Part shown: one piece after another, positions 22,311 to 33,677 of the stretch
Position numbering within the stretch: position 1 is the stretch's first letter
Layout of the letters: the number at the start of each line of letters is the position of its first letter
Notes under the pieces: model-generated
The model's database searches: none
The model's input: the letters and a program-made list of their open reading frames with translations, nothing else
What the model was told of the DNA's origin: nothing
Position numbers and translations under genes: made by a program
Source of the DNA: an uncultured Actinomycetes bacterium
GTDB lineage: Bacteria; Actinomycetota; Thermoleophilia; RBG-16-64-13
Direction: 5' to 3'
Assembly (NCBI GenBank): GCA_963706025.1
Contig: CAVPLM010000003.1
Span: 224,001 to 288,000 of the forward strand
Length of the DNA stretch: 64,000 nt

Positions 22311-22850
22311 CTACTCCGGACTGGCCGTAGCAGCGTCCACAAGGGCCCTGAGGTCGCCGTCGACCCGCCAGGCTTTGTCACCGCGGGCGATGAATCCCCG
22401 ATCCAAGTCGGCCACAAAAGTCAAGATCTCGCGGGTGGGTAGCACGAAGGTGATGGTGGCAGGGGCCGGCGAGCCGGCGCCGCCTGTGCCCCCGGCGCCC
22501 GTCATCGTCGCGGCGGTCTCGGCGTCCACTTCCTCCGCGTCGCGGATGGCCTCAGAAAGCACTTGTGCAGCCGCAAGTCCCGTGCTGATCCCATAGCTGG
22601 TGAGTTCGCCGTCCTCGTTCGGGATGAGGATGCTGACGAACGAGGCTTCTTCGACCACATCGAGATCGATGTCGGCGGGGAGTTCGACGAAGTCGTACGG
22701 CGAAGTAACGCCGGTGGTAGAGGTGGCGGCGATGGCCGCGGCGCGCCGGGCTTCGTCGCGCTCCCGATCGAGCAAGATCGCCACGACTGTGATCGCGACG
22801 ATGAGGCCTATGACCAGTACCGCGATGATTATGATCCACTTACGCGACAC
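22311..22850 (-). CDS. Hypothetical membrane-anchored protein
   Basis: AAGGAG RBS, N-terminal hydrophobic helix, acidic soluble domain. Confidence 0.65.
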   Translation of the reverse strand: MSRKWIIIIAVLVIGLIVAITVVAILLDRERDEARRAAAIAATSTTGVTSPYDFVELPADIDLDVVEEASFVSILIPNEDGELTSYGISTGLAAAQVLSEAIRDAEEVDAETAATMTGAGGTGGAGSPAPATITFVLPTREILTFVADLDRGFIARGDKAWRVDGDLRALVDAATASPE

Positions 22851-22897
22851 GAGGCTCCTTGAAGTTTGCCCTGCATACCACTAGACTACGCCAGCGC

Positions 22898-23453
22898 AAA
22901 GGCGATGACGGGAACGAGTAGACGCCGCTCTTCTCGCGAGCGAGCCGGGGACGGTGTGAGCCCGGTGGGAATCGGCGTGCGAATATCATCCCCGAGCCGC
23001 CAGCCGAACGGTCGAGCCGACCGGCCCCGCTAGGTTACCTTAGCGGGGGAGATGGCGCCAGACGGAGCGCCCGCAGGGCCGCAGCGCGGCTGTGCCCTCT
23101 GGGCCGCGGTGTCCGCGCCAGCCGCACGTTACCGGTTGCAGCAGGCTCGCGCTCAGTAGACCTGGCCGGGTCCTTCCCGTCACAGAAGGGGGGCGTGAAA
23201 GCCGCCGGCGGGTGCTGCGATGGTCGCGGAGCCGCGCCGGGTGGGCGACCCGTACCGGACCGGGCGCGAAGCACGACATTCCGCGCGCGGGCCGCGGTGG
23301 GTCGGCCCTCACAGGCGTAGCGTCCGCTGAGTGGGGCCGCGCCGGGCGATGCTGCACCCAGGGGCAGCGACCGGCAGCAGCGCAGGTAGCGCCTTAGGGC
23401 GGGGCGGCGTGCGGCCAAGTAGGGTGGTACCGCGGGTAACGTCCCGTCCCTAC
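22898..23453 (+). ncRNA. Isoleucine T-box riboswitch with extended stems
   Basis: Stem I GA motif, AGUA, AGCGA and GGUGUGA distal motifs, specifier ATC at 22985-22987, stem II GAA/AGUA S-turn, CCTTC-ccgtcaca-GAAGG stem IIA, T-box AAGTAGGGTGGTACCGCG at 23417-23434; upstream of ileS. Confidence 0.88.
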
Positions 23454-23770
23454 GCGCTCTGGTTCCGCGACGAAGAGTCGGCGGGCGGATGAGGGGCCAT
23501 CGTCGGAGATCCTCCGGCGGTCGCCGTCAGATCTCCCGGCAGTCGCGGAGACCGATAGGCGCCCCGGCGAGGATCGCCGGCAGGCGCAGCGCGGGGCGGG
23601 GCGTATTTGTTTGTGGAGCGCACTCCACGTTGAGGGCTCCGCGGCAGGAGCGGCGATGGCCGCGACGGCGGCGGGCGCGGGTTACCGAAGGCGGGGCGCC
23701 GCCGCAGGCGCCCGCGGCGCGCAGATGACGCGCCCGCGGGGCCCTAGGACGGCAGCGACTGGGAGGGTTC

Positions 23771-26700
23771 ATGGCAGGCCAGTATCGACCGGTGGACACA
23801 GGACAAAGCTTCCCCGCCCTGGAGGAGCGGATCCTGGCCTGGTGGAAAGAACGCCGCATTTTTGAGAAGAGCCTCGAGCTGCGCGCCGGCAATCCCGAAT
23901 GGGTGTTCTACGAAGGTCCCCCCACGGCCAACGGCAAACCCGGGGTCCATCACGTGCTCGCGCGGGTGTTCAAGGACATCTATCCGCGCTACAAGACTAT
24001 GCGCGGCTACTTCGTCGGCCGCAAGGGTGGTTGGGACTGCCACGGCCTGCCCGTGGAACTGGAGATCGAGAAACAGCTCGGCTTCGATCACAAGGAGCAG
24101 ATCGAGGCCTACGGCGTGGCCGAGTTCAACCGGCTGTGCAAGGAGTCGGTGACCAGCTACGTGGACGAGTGGAACCGCTTGACCGAGCGGATAGGCATGT
24201 GGCTCGATCTGGACGACCCGTACATGACCATGACCAACGAGTACATCGAGTCGGTGTGGTGGATCCTGTCGGAATTCGGCAGACAGGGACTTCTGTACGA
24301 GGGGTACAAGGTAGTGCCGTATTGCCCGCGCTGTGGGACGGCGCTATCGTCGCACGAAGTGGCGTCCGGGTATCAGATGGTCACCGACCCGTCGGTCTAC
24401 GTGCGCTTCCCGTTGTACCCGGCGGGGGGTGGGCCGTCGACCGGCGGCGCGAACGGCGCCCCGGCCTTAGACGATAGCCCGGCCGGTGAGGACGAACCCC
24501 TGGTCCCCGACGGTCTGCCTATCAGCCTCCTGGTCTGGACCACCACGCCCTGGACCCTCATCTCCAACGTGGCGGCGGCTGTGGGCGCCGACATCGAGTA
24601 CGCCCGGGCTCGGCTGGGCGACGAATACCTCATCTTGGCGGCCGATCTGGTGGGCGCCGTCCTGGGGCCCGACGCGGTCATCGAGGAGACCTTTCTGGGC
24701 TCGGCCCTGGTAGGCCGCCACTACCGGGCTTCGTATGACTTCGTCACTCCCGAAAAGCCGGCCTGGCGCGTCATCGCCGGCGATTTCGTGGCTACAGACG
24801 AAGGAACCGGCATCGTCCACATCGCCCCTGCGTTCGGGGCCGACGATATGGCGGTGGGTCAGGCAAACGACCTGCCCGTGATCAAGCCGGTAGACGAGGA
24901 GGCCCGTTTCACCGCCGAGATCACCCCCTGGGCGGGCGTGTTCGTCAAAGACGCCGACGCCGGTATCATGGACGACCTCGATTTCCGCGGCCTGCTCTTT
25001 GCCCGCCAGCCCTACGAGCACAACTATCCTCACTGCTGGCGCTGCGACACGCCCCTCATCTACTACGCCATGACCTCCTGGTACGTGCGCACCACCGCCC
25101 GCAAGGAGGCGGTGTTGGCCGCCAACGAGGAGATCACCTGGTATCCAGACCACCTCAAGCACGGCCGCTTCGGCAAATGGCTGGAGAACAACGTCGACTG
25201 GTCGCTTTCCCGGGACCGCTATTGGGGGACGCCTCTGCCCGTATGGCGGTGCGCCAACGGGCACGACACGGTGGTCGGCTTCCGGACCGAACTGAGCGAT
25301 TTGGCCGGCCGCGACCTCTCCGATCTGGAGCTCCACCGGCCCTACGTGGACGAGGTCACTTTCGCCTGCCCCGAGTGCGGGGCCGAAGCCCGCCGGATCG
25401 AAGCCGTCATCGACGCCTGGTTCGACTCGGGCTCCATGCCGGTGGCGCAGTGGCACTATCCCTTCGCCAATCACGAGTTGTTCACCAAGCGCTTCCCGGC
25501 CGACTTCATCTGCGAGGCCATCGACCAGACCCGGGGCTGGTTCTACAGTCTCCTCGCCATCAGCGCCCTTCTCAGCGGCCACACCTGCTACCGCAACGTA
25601 CTCTGCCTCGGCCATATCATGGATAACCAAGGCCGCAAGATGTCCAAGCGCCTGGGCAACGTGGTCGACCCCTGGACCATCCTCGACAAGCAGGGTGCGG
25701 ACGCCCTGCGCTGGTACCTGTTCACGGTCAGTTCCCCTTGGTTCGCCCGCCGTTTCGGGCCGGAGAACGTGGACGAGGTGGTCCGCAAGTTCATCCTCAC
25801 TCTCTGGAACACGTACTCTTTCTACACGCTGTACGCGAACATCGATGGCTTCGATCCGGCCGAGCACCACGTGCCCGCGGCCGAGCGTGGCCTCATGGAC
25901 CGCTGGATATTGGGCAATCTCCACCTCCTCGTCCGCAAGGTGACCGCCGAGCTCGACAGCTACGATGCCTTCGCGGCCGGCCGTGCCATCGCCGAGTTCG
26001 TGGACGAGCTCTCCAACTGGTACGTGCGCCGGAGCCGGCGGCGCTTCTGGAAGAGCGAAGCCGACCAAGACAAGATCGCCGCCTACCTCACTCTTAACGA
26101 ATGCCTGACGACCCTCGCCGAGCTACTCGCGCCTTTTACGCCGTTTCTCGCCGAGGAGCTCTATCAGAATCTGGTGGTCGACCGTTCCCCGCAGGCGCCG
26201 GAGTCGGTGCACTTAGTTGACTGGCCGGTCGCCGACGAAGCCCTGATCGACGAGGACCTGTCCTTCCGTATGGCGGTAGCGCGACAGGTGGTCAACCTTG
26301 GTCGCGCCGCCCGCAACGCCGCCCAGATCAAGACCCGGCAGCCCATCGAGGTGGCCGTGGTTGCCTGCCGCGAGAAGGAACGCGCAGCGCTGGAGAGTCT
26401 GGCTGCCGTGGTGGCCGATGAGCTCAACGTGAAGGCCATTGAATACGTGGAATCGGCGAGCGAACTGGTCAGCTACGTGGTCAAGCCCAACTATCGCACC
26501 CTGGGCCCGAAGTTCGGCAAGAACATGCCGGCCGTCGCGGCGGCCGTGGCTGCTCTTCCGCCGGATGAGACCGGCGACCGGGTGGCGGGTGGTCGCTCAG
26601 TGATGGTGAGGGTGGAGGGCCGAGAGCACGAGTTCGGCCCCGAGGACTTCGTGGTCGAGGCCAACGAGCGAGAGGGTTTCCAAGTGGAACGGGAGGGCGG

Positions 26701-27031
26701 TGTCGCCGTGGCCATCTCCACTCGGCTCTCGCCCGATCTCTTGCGCGAAGGCCTGGCCCGGGAACTGGTGCACCATATTCAGAACACCCGCAAGGCCGCC
26801 GACTTCCAGATCGACGACCGTATCCATCTCGGCGTCTACGGTCCCCCAGAGATCGCCGACATGCTGGCCGTGCACTCCGACTGGGTCAAGAAGGAGACCC
26901 TGGCGGTGAGCCTGGAGGTGGGTGATAGGGCGGCGACCGGCGAGGCCGACGCCGCCTCTGACGCCGGCTTCCACCGCGAAGAGCTGAAGGTCAACGGCCT
27001 GGCCGTGACGGTCGAGGTGGCGAAGGCTTGA
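23771..27031 (+). CDS. ileS: Isoleucyl-tRNA synthetase, type 2
   Basis: EGPPTANG, GWDCHGLPVE, WTTTPWT editing motif, DWSLSRDRYWGTP, DQTRGWF, KMSKR. Confidence 0.97.
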   Translation: MAGQYRPVDTGQSFPALEERILAWWKERRIFEKSLELRAGNPEWVFYEGPPTANGKPGVHHVLARVFKDIYPRYKTMRGYFVGRKGGWDCHGLPVELEIEKQLGFDHKEQIEAYGVAEFNRLCKESVTSYVDEWNRLTERIGMWLDLDDPYMTMTNEYIESVWWILSEFGRQGLLYEGYKVVPYCPRCGTALSSHEVASGYQMVTDPSVYVRFPLYPAGGGPSTGGANGAPALDDSPAGEDEPLVPDGLPISLLVWTTTPWTLISNVAAAVGADIEYARARLGDEYLILAADLVGAVLGPDAVIEETFLGSALVGRHYRASYDFVTPEKPAWRVIAGDFVATDEGTGIVHIAPAFGADDMAVGQANDLPVIKPVDEEARFTAEITPWAGVFVKDADAGIMDDLDFRGLLFARQPYEHNYPHCWRCDTPLIYYAMTSWYVRTTARKEAVLAANEEITWYPDHLKHGRFGKWLENNVDWSLSRDRYWGTPLPVWRCANGHDTVVGFRTELSDLAGRDLSDLELHRPYVDEVTFACPECGAEARRIEAVIDAWFDSGSMPVAQWHYPFANHELFTKRFPADFICEAIDQTRGWFYSLLAISALLSGHTCYRNVLCLGHIMDNQGRKMSKRLGNVVDPWTILDKQGADALRWYLFTVSSPWFARRFGPENVDEVVRKFILTLWNTYSFYTLYANIDGFDPAEHHVPAAERGLMDRWILGNLHLLVRKVTAELDSYDAFAAGRAIAEFVDELSNWYVRRSRRRFWKSEADQDKIAAYLTLNECLTTLAELLAPFTPFLAEELYQNLVVDRSPQAPESVHLVDWPVADEALIDEDLSFRMAVARQVVNLGRAARNAAQIKTRQPIEVAVVACREKERAALESLAAVVADELNVKAIEYVESASELVSYVVKPNYRTLGPKFGKNMPAVAAAVAALPPDETGDRVAGGRSVMVRVEGREHEFGPEDFVVEANEREGFQVEREGGVAVAISTRLSPDLLREGLARELVHHIQNTRKAADFQIDDRIHLGVYGPPEIADMLAVHSDWVKKETLAVSLEVGDRAATGEADAASDAGFHREELKVNGLAVTVEVAKA

Positions 27032-27136
27032 CAGCCCTCGCCGAAGGGTGTCCGCCGGGTAGAGCGCAGCCGGCTGCAGTGGCGAGAAAGAACAGCGCAA
27101 GGAACAGCACAAGAACGATACCGGCGACCCTTCTGT

Positions 27137-27745
27137 TCACCTCGCCCCCTGCAGCACCTGTCGCCCTGCCTCCAACCTGGCGCGGTTCTCCTCGGACACC
27201 GCCGCCAGCCCCTGGTCGATCACGGCGAGCGCCTCGTCGTCTCGGCCCTGGCGCCACAGCAATTCGGCCAGATTGAGGTAGGGCGGCGCCAGGGCGGGAT
27301 CGTCGGCGATGGCCCTGCGATAGGCAGCCTCGGCGCCCATCTCGTCGCCCAGATCGCGTAGCGTGTTGCCTAGACGGTTGCGGAGCACCGCGTCCTCTTC
27401 GGCCGCAAGGAGCCGCTTGTAGATGGTGGCGGCATCATCCAGGCGGCCGAGGTTGTAGTAGGCGAGGGCCAACTTGCGTTGGATGTTGACGTCGTCAGGG
27501 TCGCCTTCCGCGATCTCCTGCAGCCTGGGCAGCAACGCTGCCCACTCCTCTTCCGAAGGCTGCAACCGCCCGGGAGCCGGCGCGACGGTAGGTCCGGAGC
27601 CCATCTCCTCCTCGGTGAGCTGATCGGTGGTGCCGGTGACGGCGGACACAAGCGGGCCCCGCAGCACTCCTTCGACGTCGGCGGGGTCGTCCGCCAGGCG
27701 ACCGATGAGCAGTGCAATGGCCGTTACCAGAATGGCCGCGACCAC
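27137..27745 (-). CDS. Membrane-anchored TPR protein
   Basis: TM helix then LALAYYNLGRLDDAA, NRLGNTLRDLG, YLNLAELL TPR motifs. Confidence 0.8.
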   Translation of the reverse strand: MVAAILVTAIALLIGRLADDPADVEGVLRGPLVSAVTGTTDQLTEEEMGSGPTVAPAPGRLQPSEEEWAALLPRLQEIAEGDPDDVNIQRKLALAYYNLGRLDDAATIYKRLLAAEEDAVLRNRLGNTLRDLGDEMGAEAAYRRAIADDPALAPPYLNLAELLWRQGRDDEALAVIDQGLAAVSEENRARLEAGRQVLQGAR

Positions 27746-27846
27746 GATGACCGGGATCGTTCGGCCCGAACGGCGCCGCGGCCGGGAAGCGTTATCCCTC
27801 GTGGATCTCGCGTCCCGCCGGTCCGCGCGAGCCCTCTCCCGCGTGG

Positions 27847-28482
27847 CTACGTCGTCGTGGTCGCCTCGGTCAGCTTCTGTTTGAAGGTCTCCAGCCGTTC
27901 TTTGTCTTCTCCTGTGGTGGCCGCTAGACCGCGATCCAGCACTGCCAGAGCCTCGGACATTTCCCCCTTGGCGGCGAGGACCGAGGCCAGATTCAGATAT
28001 GCGGTGACGAGGGTCGGGTCGGAGGAGATCGCCTTCTCGTATTCCGCTTTGGCCTCATCCACTTTGTTCCAGTCGCGCAGGACGTTGCCGTAATTGTTGT
28101 GAGTGAAGGCATCGTCCTTGAGTTGGAGCATCTTCTGGTAGGTAGCGGCTGCCTCTTCGTACCTACCTGTGTTGTATTGGGCGATGGCCAGCTCCTGAAG
28201 CGCGGTGAGGTCGTCGGGCGTGGCTTTCACGGCCTTTTCCAGATCGGACAGGGCTGCCTCGTACTCCTCCGCCGTCTTCCCGCCCACCACCAGTCGTTGA
28301 GGCTCTTCGGAACCGACGGAGACACTGGTGGCGCTACCTGCCAGGGTCGTGTTGGAGCTTTCTGCCGCCGTGGTCGTCGTCGTGTCGTCCGCGGACGAGC
28401 ACCCAGTTGCGAGCAAAGCCGTGGCGGCGAGCACCGCCAAGACCAGGATCGCGACTCTGCCCTTTCTCACTGCTTTGGTCAT
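27847..28482 (-). CDS. TPR lipoprotein, paralogue of the adjacent TPR gene
   Basis: LATGC lipobox; LAIAQYNTGRYEEAA, NNYGNVLRD, YLNLASVL. Confidence 0.82.
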   Translation of the reverse strand: MTKAVRKGRVAILVLAVLAATALLATGCSSADDTTTTTAAESSNTTLAGSATSVSVGSEEPQRLVVGGKTAEEYEAALSDLEKAVKATPDDLTALQELAIAQYNTGRYEEAAATYQKMLQLKDDAFTHNNYGNVLRDWNKVDEAKAEYEKAISSDPTLVTAYLNLASVLAAKGEMSEALAVLDRGLAATTGEDKERLETFKQKLTEATTTT

Positions 28483-28504
28483 GTGTCTCTCTCCGTTCCG
28501 GGTT

Positions 28505-29392
28505 TCAACGCACAAGCACTTCAAGCCCATGCGGGTCGATCGTGACCGTGGCGGGTAGGCTGCCGGCCAGCTCACCATCGGTCTGGAACCACACCGTTTC
28601 CTCGCCTTCGAGAGGCGTCAGTTCTACCCGCGTCGCGCGCAACCAGATCACGTGGGGATTGCGCATATGCAGACCGCTGGGCACTCCCATCCAGAAGACG
28701 GCCAGACTCGACCGGGTAGTTCCGGTGAAAAGCATCAGGTCCAGTATGCCATCAGTGGGGTCCGCCGAAGGCGTGATACCGAAGCGGCCCGCGTAGTTGC
28801 GCGTGTTCCCGGCGACAAAGAAGGTAGTCCGATAGTCTTCCCCGTTTGCCCGCACCAGAAAGACCGGAGGGCGCGCGACGAAGCCGGCCTTCAGCCCGGT
28901 GCCCACGAAGGCCAGTTCCTTGAAGCGCCTCTTGGCGCGAAGATCGATGTTCCGAACCGTCAACGCGTCGATACCGGCGCCCATCATGAGCGTGAAACGG
29001 CGGTCGTTGACCCTTCCTAGGTCGAGGAAGACGGTATTGCCGCCTGCGATGATGTCGCAGGCTCCTTCTGTGTGGAACGGGATGCCCAGTTCAAGGGCAA
29101 GCACGTTCACCGTGCCGGCAGGCACGATCCCCAGCGTGGCCCTGCCGGCTGCGTCGCCGGCGCGGGCCAGGCCGTTTGCCACCTCGTTGATGGTGCCGTC
29201 TCCGCCGACGGCCACGATGATGTCGGCTTCGAGGGCGAACCGCTGGGCGATGATCTTGGCATCGTTGGGACCCTGTGTGGGATGGAGCTCCACCTGAAGC
29301 CCGCGTCCGGTCAAGACCCGCTCCACCTTCGAGGCGATGGCGTCGCCCCGTTCCTTCCCAGCCTGAGGATTGAAGATGACGATGGTCCTCAC
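28505..29392 (-). CDS. Diacylglycerol kinase family (YegS/DAGK) lipid kinase
   Basis: FNPQAG, GGDGTINEV, PAGTVNVLA, QTDGE. Confidence 0.9.
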   Translation of the reverse strand: MRTIVIFNPQAGKERGDAIASKVERVLTGRGLQVELHPTQGPNDAKIIAQRFALEADIIVAVGGDGTINEVANGLARAGDAAGRATLGIVPAGTVNVLALELGIPFHTEGACDIIAGGNTVFLDLGRVNDRRFTLMMGAGIDALTVRNIDLRAKRRFKELAFVGTGLKAGFVARPPVFLVRANGEDYRTTFFVAGNTRNYAGRFGITPSADPTDGILDLMLFTGTTRSSLAVFWMGVPSGLHMRNPHVIWLRATRVELTPLEGEETVWFQTDGELAGSLPATVTIDPHGLEVLVR

Positions 29393-30259
29393 GAGCGCCG
29401 CTTGTCTAGGGGGGTGGGAGGGCGCCGGTCCGCGAAGGCGGCCGGCGCCCCGAAGGGGTTCGAACATACCTGCGCTCGCCGACCGTTCGGCTGACCCACG
29501 AGAGAGGCGAAGGCGGCATACCCGGCGGCTTGGGCGAGCGCGACCGCATGATCGAAGTCGCGGCCCACTTCTTGCGGCTCGTGCGCGTCGGAGCCGAAGG
29601 TGACGGCTACTCCCGCGTCGCACAACCGGCGGAGGATGTCGAGACTGGGATAGGCTTCACCCACCGGCCTGTGGAGGCCTGCCGTGTTGATCTCGACCAA
29701 GACGCCGGCCTTCGCCACCCGCTCCACCAGACGGTCGAGCTCGGTCCCCAGGGTCCGAGTGGGGCGATAGCCGAACTTCTTCACCAGGTCGAGGTGGCCC
29801 AAGATGGTGAAGAGGCCGCGATTCAGCGGCATCACCCACCACCTCGAAGTACTCGACCCACACGTCGTCGATCTCACGATCGGCGTACTCGTCCATCTGG
29901 CGGGGATCGTCGAACCCCCAGCCGCCCAGATGATGGACGGAGCCGATGACGTAGTCGAAAGGATGACTATCGAGGAGCGAACGGACCTCGAGGACCGTAT
30001 GCGGACGGTAGTCGGCCTCGACGCCGAGAAGCACGTAGTCGGGGAATCGGGCCTTGAGCGCCTGCACCTCGGTGACGTAATCGCCCAGCTCGCACGCGCT
30101 CATGGAGAGCTCGGGGTCGCGCTCCGGCAGCAGTGGGAGGTGATCGGCGATGCCGATGCCGATGAGACCCTTCGCGCGGGCCGCCTCTACATACTCGCCG
30201 GGATGCCCTGAGGCATGTCCGCAGCGGGCGGTGTGGGTGTGATAGTCGGGCAGGTGCAC
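29389..30259 (-). CDS. PHP-family histidinol-phosphatase (HisJ/HisK type), frameshift near 29820
   Basis: DYHTHT, ADH, GVEAD, DYVIGSVH, GHLDLVKKF, EINTAG, FGSDAH. Confidence 0.85.
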
Positions 30260-30260
30260 G

Positions 30261-30806
30261 TCAGTCTCCTTTGAGGAGTTGGGAGTCCACACTAGGCCCA
30301 TGACCGTTCGTCACTCTCCGGGGCCCGGCGAGCGTCTCGCTGTCGAGCAGGATGGTGTAAGGGCCGTCGTTGACCAGCGACACGGTCATGTGTGCCCCGA
30401 ACCGGCCTGTGGCCGTCGACACTCCCAGTCGCTCCAGCGCAGAGCGGAACTCCTCCACCAAGGCCTCGGCCGGGCCGGGATCGGCGGCTTCGGTGAAAGA
30501 CGGCCGGCGGCCGCGGCGACAGTCCGCGTACAACGTGAACTGGCTGATCACCAGAGCCGCGCCCCCGGTATCGAGGAGGGAGAGATTCGACTTGCCCTCG
30601 GTGTCGGGGAAGATGCGCAGGTTGGCGACCTTGTCGGCCAGTGCCGCCGCTCTTGCACCGCCCATCGTGTCCTCTCCGCCATCACGCGTTCCCACGTCAC
30701 CCCTCCCCGCTCCCACGAAGATGAGCAGGCCCCCATCGATCTCGCCCACGACACTGCCTTCGACCCGTACCGAGGCATGGCTCACCCGCTGGACCACGGC
30801 CCTCAT
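30261..30806 (-). CDS. dtd: D-aminoacyl-tRNA deacylase
   Basis: [26 protein letters not shown]. Confidence 0.95.
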   Translation of the reverse strand: MRAVVQRVSHASVRVEGSVVGEIDGGLLIFVGAGRGDVGTRDGGEDTMGGARAAALADKVANLRIFPDTEGKSNLSLLDTGGAALVISQFTLYADCRRGRRPSFTEAADPGPAEALVEEFRSALERLGVSTATGRFGAHMTVSLVNDGPYTILLDSETLAGPRRVTNGHGPSVDSQLLKGD

Positions 30807-32208
30807 CAGACCGACAACTCCCTGCGCACCAAGGGCTCCTTGCGCACCAGGCTGGTCTCCCAGCGGCCATTGAGGAGCGGCCGCCTCATACGTACCCAGA
30901 CGAACTGATTCATGAGGGCCTCGTCACCTTCCACGAGCACTTCCTGGTAGTTGCCGGTCAGCCCTACGAGCCGGCCGTCTGCCGTCCGCTCCTTGAGGAC
31001 CAGAGCTCTTTGCTCGGTCCCGGCAAGCCTCCCGCGAAACAGCGCATTCTTACGCTCTCCTAACTCGCGCAGGCGCAAACTGCGCTCATGGATCGTCTCG
31101 GGACGGACCTTGGGCTCCATGAACGAAGCTCGGGTGCCCGGTCGGTCGCTGTAGCTGAAAACGTGCAGATAAGTGAGAGGCGAATGTTCGACGAACAGAA
31201 GGGTCTCCTCGAACTCCCTATCGGTCTCCCCCGGGAAGCCCACGATGACGTCGGCCCCGATCGCGGCGTCCGGGAAGCGGCGGACCAGCCTGGTGACCAC
31301 ATCCAGGTACTCGGCGGCGGTGTAAGGACGGCCCATGCGCCCGAGTACCGAATCGGACCCGCTCTGAAGAGGCAGGTGCAGGTGCCGAGCCACTCTGTTC
31401 CCCGCCTCTTCGATCACGTCCAGGAGGGCACCATCCAGCTCCATGGGCTCGATGGAGCTCAGGCGGTACCGGGACGCATCCCCATTCTCGACAAGGAGCG
31501 CCACCAGGTCGGCGAGAGAGCCGTCGCCGGTGTCGCTGCCCCAGCTGCCCAGATCGATGCCGGTCAGCACCACCTCCTGGTAGTCCCGTGCGGCCAACAG
31601 GCGCACCTGCTCCAGGACGCCGGCCTTGGGCATGCTGCGGGCCGGGCCTCGGGCCAAAGGGATGATGCAGTAGGCGCAGCGCGAATCGCAGCCGGTCTGG
31701 ATCTTGAGAAAGGCCCGGGTGTATCCGTAGAAATGGGTGAAGAACTCGCCTTCGAAGCCAGGGTGGTCGGAGTATGGCGACACGGAGACGCCGGCCGGGG
31801 CGACGGCGGTTTCGCTCACGGAAGCCGACGGCCCCGCGGCCGCGCGCCCGGTAGACCGCGAGGCCAGATGCTCGCCCAGGTGGTGCCCCAGGCGCAGCTT
31901 GTCGATGTTGCCCAACACCAGGTCGACCCCGGGGATCGCGGCCACCGCGTCCGGGTCCACCTGGGCGTAGCAGCCGGTGACCGCCACCACGCAACCTGGG
32001 TCGAGACGCTTGGCCAGCCGGATCTCGTGCCGGCACGTGCGGTCGCTCTTGGCGGTCACAGTGCAGGTGTTGATCACTCTGATTCGGCGGGTCGATCCCA
32101 CTCCACGAGCCGGTAGCCCGAGGCAGACAGCAGCTCCTGCATCTGGGCGGTCTCACACTGGTTGAGCTTGCAGCCGATAGTTCGGAAAGCAACCGTGGTC
32201 GGCGCCAT
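30806..32208 (-). CDS. mtaB: tRNA t6A methylthiotransferase MtaB, frameshift near 32080
   Basis: [10 protein letters not shown] in the upstream frame, [54 protein letters not shown]. Confidence 0.88.
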
Positions 32209-32391
32209 TCCGTGGAGGTAAAGAGCAGGCATCATCGGCCGATGGTCGCTTCTCCCACGCGCTACTCCGGGCCACTGGAGGACTGAGGGATGTTAGCATA
32301 TAGACCGCTTGCCTCCGGCAGGCTAAACCACTCCAACGGTCAGGGGATCGTGAATCCTGTCTCCGCGCTTCCCGGTGAAGAACAGAGCCCA

Positions 32392-32865
32392 ATGACGCAG
32401 GAGCCCTGGTACCAACGCCTGGTACCTGCATTTCTGCGGCGCGATCGCATGGCCGGGCAGGCCGTCCGCTTCATCATGGTGGGCGTGCTCAACACGGCCG
32501 TCGATCTGGTGGCCTTCTACCTTCTGGCGCTGATCCCCGGCATGCCCGAAGTGGCGGCCAAGACCATCTCGTACATGTTGGGGATCTGCAACAGCTTCGT
32601 CTGGAACAAGTACTGGACGTTCAGCGCGCGCGGCTCGGGACGGGGCTGGCGCGAATTCGCGGTCTTCTTCGCCGTCAACATCCCTCCGTTACTCGTGAAC
32701 GTGGTGGCCTTCACTCTGCTCGGACTGTGGATCGAGTCGGGGACGTGGTATGTGCGGATGGGCAAGGCCTTCGCCGCGGCCGTGGTATCCGTGGCCTGGA
32801 ACTTCCTGGGCAGCCGCTATCTGGCCTTCCGGCACACGGCCCTGAAGCGAGGACCCGATGAATGA
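32392..32865 (+). CDS. GtrA-family flippase
   Basis: RFIMVGVLNTAVD, NSFVWNKYWTF, four TM helices. Confidence 0.88.
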   Translation: MTQEPWYQRLVPAFLRRDRMAGQAVRFIMVGVLNTAVDLVAFYLLALIPGMPEVAAKTISYMLGICNSFVWNKYWTFSARGSGRGWREFAVFFAVNIPPLLVNVVAFTLLGLWIESGTWYVRMGKAFAAAVVSVAWNFLGSRYLAFRHTALKRGPDE

Positions 32866-33677
32866 GGCGGTGGGCGGCGACCGCGGCCGGGCAGGTGAGG
32901 CGGCTGTGGAGCCTTTGTCTGGGGCCGCGCCCCCGCAGGCGGGCGCGGCGCCTCACGCGGGCGCGGCGCCCAACTACTCGATCGTCATCCCCATCCACAA
33001 CGAGGCCGAGTGTCTTGTCGGAGAGGTAACTGAGCTTGTGCGCGAATTGGAGGCCCGGGGGGTCGACTACGAACTGCTCCTGGCCGAGAACGGCAGCTCC
33101 GATGAGTGCCCGGCGATCGCCGAGGCACTCGCCCATCAGAACCCTCGCATCCGGGTCCTGCGCGTTCCCGTGCCCGACTACGGGGCCGCTATGAAGACCG
33201 GCATGCTCAGCGGTCGGGGCGAGCTAGATCGTCAATTTCGACATCGACTTTCACGACGTCGGCTTCATGCTGGCCGCCGGCGACCTGATCGCGGCCACTG
33301 GGGCCGGCGCAGTGGTGGGCAGCAAGCTCATAGAGGGGGCCGAAGACCGGCGTTCGCCCGCACGCCATCTGGTGTCGCTGGGTTTCACCAGCATTCTCAG
33401 ACTATTGTTCGACCCCCGCATGGACGATACTCATGGCATGAAAGTGCTCCGTCGCGAGGTGGTCGAGCGCTACGCGCCCCGAACGGTAAGGACGCGGGAT
33501 CTGTTCGATACCGAGCTCATCATCCGCGCCCGGCGCGGAGGGGTGACCGTCAAAGCCCTGCCGGTGAGGGTAGAGGAGAAAAGGAAACCGCGTTCGTCTA
33601 TAGTACGTCGCATACCGCGTACCATGTGGGGTCTGATGCAGTTGCGGCTGATCCTGTGGAGGGAGGGGAATGCTTGA
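32858..33677 (+). CDS. GT2 polyprenol-phosphate glycosyltransferase, frameshift near 33225
   Basis: SIVIPIHNE, ENGSSD, YGAAMKTG, FDID, VVGSK, DTHGMK, FDTEL. Confidence 0.82.
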
